Source: Chrysemys picta bellii (Eukaryota). Taken from it: a stretch of 64,000 nt of DNA. A model generated the notes under the pieces. The model was not told the origin of the DNA. It searched no databases and saw nothing but the letters and a program-made list of their open reading frames with translations. Both the position numbers and the translations under genes were made by a program. The stretch is from contig NC_088796.1 in the NCBI RefSeq assembly GCF_011386835.1, positions 101,804,001-101,868,000 of the forward strand, in the 5' to 3' direction. Positions 61,423 through 64,000 of this stretch are shown piece by piece (position 1 is the stretch's first letter; each line of letters starts with the position of its first letter).

Positions 61423-62159
61423 TCAAATAAATTTGTTAGTCTGTAAGGTGCCACAAGTACTCCTCGTTCTTTTTGCTGATACAGACTAACACGGCTACCA
61501 CTCTGAAATCTGAAAACTAAATGATTTTTTAAACAAAAAACAGCACTATGGGTTCCATGTTTAGTGTATCTGACTCCATCTCCAACACACTCAATTTTCA
61601 AGTAGAAAAAAGTCTTAACATCCAGCAATGCAAAAGAATATAATAGCCATCTGCCCCACCCCTTCCTCCCGTAGAAGTTGAGTCTCTGCAAGACTATTAT
61701 GAATAAAAGTTTAATTTTGGTCACTAGAGTTCACATAACTTTGATAATTATAATTATTTGTTGCATCACAATTACTCGAAACTGGAAATTTTAACTAGTG
61801 TAAAGAAACTTTCTAAGTCTGGACTGTTGTAAATTGTAATTATCCCCAATGGAAAAAAAGGTATCTTTACAATTAAAAGAGGTTCCTAAGTAATTTAGAA
61901 ACATGATTAGTTAAACCAGGGTGAAGAAGAAAAGAAAATATTACCAACTAATGTAAAGATGGGTAGAGACTCAAAGACAAGCCCACAGGAGCATGCTGAG
62001 ATTATGTGTTCCATAGGATATATTACGAATATTATCTGGAAAGAGGATTTTTGTTTCTCTTGGACTTGCTGTTATTATAATACAGAAGAAAGTTTTCTGT
62101 GGGTCTATGTGCTCTATGCTGACATCTGCATGTAGACAGTTCTGAGTAATCTATTCTAA

Positions 62160-62280
62160 TTTATTTGTAATACAGTAGTGCTCAGGGTCGTAAGCAAAAT
62201 CAGAGCACTATTCTGCTAAGCTCACTGTACAAAGACATACAGTAAAAGACAGTTCCTGCCTGAAAAAAGCTAAAAGACAA
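62160..62280. repeat. Old SINE/LINE (MIR/L2-like) tail fragment
   Basis: TTATTTGTAATACAGTAG...CTGTACAAA...AAAAGACAGTTCCTGCC; a similar fragment lies at ~1780-1860. Family assigned from memory only. Confidence 0.35.
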
Positions 62281-62699
62281 GACATAACATGTAGGCGTAG
62301 CATGCAGTGGAGGAGGCGATGGGGATGGATAGAAAAAAGAAACAATATTAAGAACACATTGTTATGCCACATTTAGGCATAAGCCTTCTGAGTCATTCTG
62401 GCCAGCAAAGGACTAGTCCTTGGGATCTGGCCCCAAACCTCTCCAAGTGTGTTTACTCTTCCATTATCAGTTTATGTACTCATTAAACTACTTTGATTAG
62501 AAAACATTAAAGGGAGTTCTGAATTAAGGTTAGGAGGAGATGGGGACACAGATGGTCTTTTACAAGGGACTTTCATGTCTTAGTACAGCTAAACTGATCT
62601 ATTTTCAGTTTGGGAAATGTTTCAGATCAAATGGAAATTTGCTATAGCAATAACATAAATAATACCAGATATTAGGCAACTTGTTACGCTTTTAATAAT

Positions 62700-62865
62700 T
62701 TGCTCACTTTCTTTTAAAAAGGAAAGAAACGCTGAAAAGTACCAACTAACAGAAATATTTAAAAAAAAACAGAAAAGTGAAAATAAAAAGTCTTAATTAG
62801 CGAATGGGAACCTTGAGATGCAGAATGTGATGAAAGAAAAACTACAGAATACTTAAATTCAGAGA
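62700..62865 (+). promoter_or_regulatory. Proximal promoter of gene C
   Basis: GGAAAGAAAC, GAAAAGTGAAA near 62772, and TACTTAAATTCAGAGAC near 62850. Confidence 0.65.
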
Positions 62866-62964
62866 CATGGGTAAAAATAACACACATCAGCCTATGAAAG
62901 ACATTGCACAATCCCCAGTCTTCCAGTCTCTACACACAAACAGGGAATCTAAGTCATCATCAGC

Positions 62965-63531
62965 ATGACCACCCGGAGTTTTCTGCACATTTGCCTTGTC
63001 CTGCTCTTCACTGAAAACTCATCTGTGGACTGTAACATGCTTCACTTCCAGCAAAACAAAGTGAACCAAGCTAGTTTACAGCTTCTGGAAAAAATGGGAG
63101 GACAATTTCCTGTGCAATGTCTAAATGAAAATTCAAACTTCATATCCCTCCAGAATGTTCTCAGCTCCAGAGAGTTCCAGAAGGAGAATGCCATGGTGGC
63201 AATCCAGGAGATCCTCCAACAGATCTTCAATATCTTCAGCAAAAGTCACATCCAAACTGCCTGGGATAGGAGTTCCATAGTTGCATTCCAAAATGGACTT
63301 CACCAGCAAATTGAGCTGCTGAAGACATGGTTCGATGGAGAAAAAAAGATGGAGACAACCTACCCACAAAATGAGGACTTCACCAGGCTGAAAGTGAAGA
63401 AATATTTCCATGTGGTAGACAATTTCCTGAAAGAAAAGCAATACAGCCTGTGTGCCTGGGAGATCATCCGTGAGGAAATGAGAAGATGTTTTCTGATTAT
63501 GGACCAACTCACAAAAAGGCTTAAAAATTAA
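62965..63531 (+). CDS. Type I interferon C (188 aa)
   Basis: Signal peptide, VDCN, FPVQCLNE and FLKEKQYSLCAWEIIREEMRRCF; TAA followed by G|GTAT donor; acceptor probably beyond the window end. Confidence 0.95.
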   Translation: MTTRSFLHICLVLLFTENSSVDCNMLHFQQNKVNQASLQLLEKMGGQFPVQCLNENSNFISLQNVLSSREFQKENAMVAIQEILQQIFNIFSKSHIQTAWDRSSIVAFQNGLHQQIELLKTWFDGEKKMETTYPQNEDFTRLKVKKYFHVVDNFLKEKQYSLCAWEIIREEMRRCFLIMDQLTKRLKN

Positions 63532-64000
63532 GGTATTTTACAAAACACTTTTTTTAGAGTAATTGAAATAATAGTTTTGGGGAAAAACAGGTAAAACGTG
63601 CTGTGCTTTCATTTAAAAACTATTCTATAGGTTCTGTTGTATCCTTTATTAGAGAATATCCTGTTTATATTGCTGATATACAAAAGTGATATATGCACCT
63701 CATATAATATATCCAGGGATATGACATTGTTCAATAGATTGATGAAATGGACAGGGGAATAAAAACTGGCCTGCTCTAAACAAATACCAATCAAGATAAC
63801 ATTCCACTCATAACACCTGAAAATCCATCCCTTTTTATCCCATGCTATCTTTAGATCTAGGTCTTCTGCAGGGGAAGACAGGCAGGATTCCCTATCTGCT
63901 TTCACTGGCTCTATTCACCTATAAAGTTTAACAGTTTTAGTAAAACCTTTTGTAAAAAGAGTTTCTTTGTTAGGCTTACTGGAAGACAACTTAGGACTTA

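Larger units (their letters stand above)
60093..61508. mobile_element. Penelope-like retroelement fragment in palindromic arrangement
   Basis: 60495-60941 translates ...PCNKARCQLCPHI*...NVIYAIMCQQCPSAMYIGQTGQSLRKRLNGH (GIY-YIG endonuclease, one stop); 532-bp inverted arms; flanking direct repeat TCTGAAAACTAAA. Confidence 0.9.

Overview
Vertebrate genomic DNA, most likely a turtle; this is inferred from the repeat families and was not checked against a database. The window is a tandem cluster of type I interferon genes whose proteins most resemble IFN-kappa/beta. There are six apparently intact + strand genes. Four are near-identical 'A-type' (ATG at 7102, 19373, 31807, 46979), one is 'B-type' (38634) and one is 'C-type' (62965). 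There are also two B-type pseudogenes (~1870, 53112), two B-type loci reduced to an orphan last exon, nine decayed 'ghost' IFN copies sitting just 3' of the genes, and three antisense IFN-like relics. Every intact gene has a GT splice donor one base after the normal stop position, as in IFNK. In three A copies that stop is GAA rather than TAA, so splicing should add a 14-aa tail from exon 2, and the 198-213 aa ORF-track products are intron read-through. The array is built from an A+B module, and part of it was recently re-duplicated in ~12.3-kb tandem units. It carries hAT-type MITEs, solo LTRs, and a palindromic Penelope-like element with hammerhead ribozyme motifs. No prokaryotic features are present.
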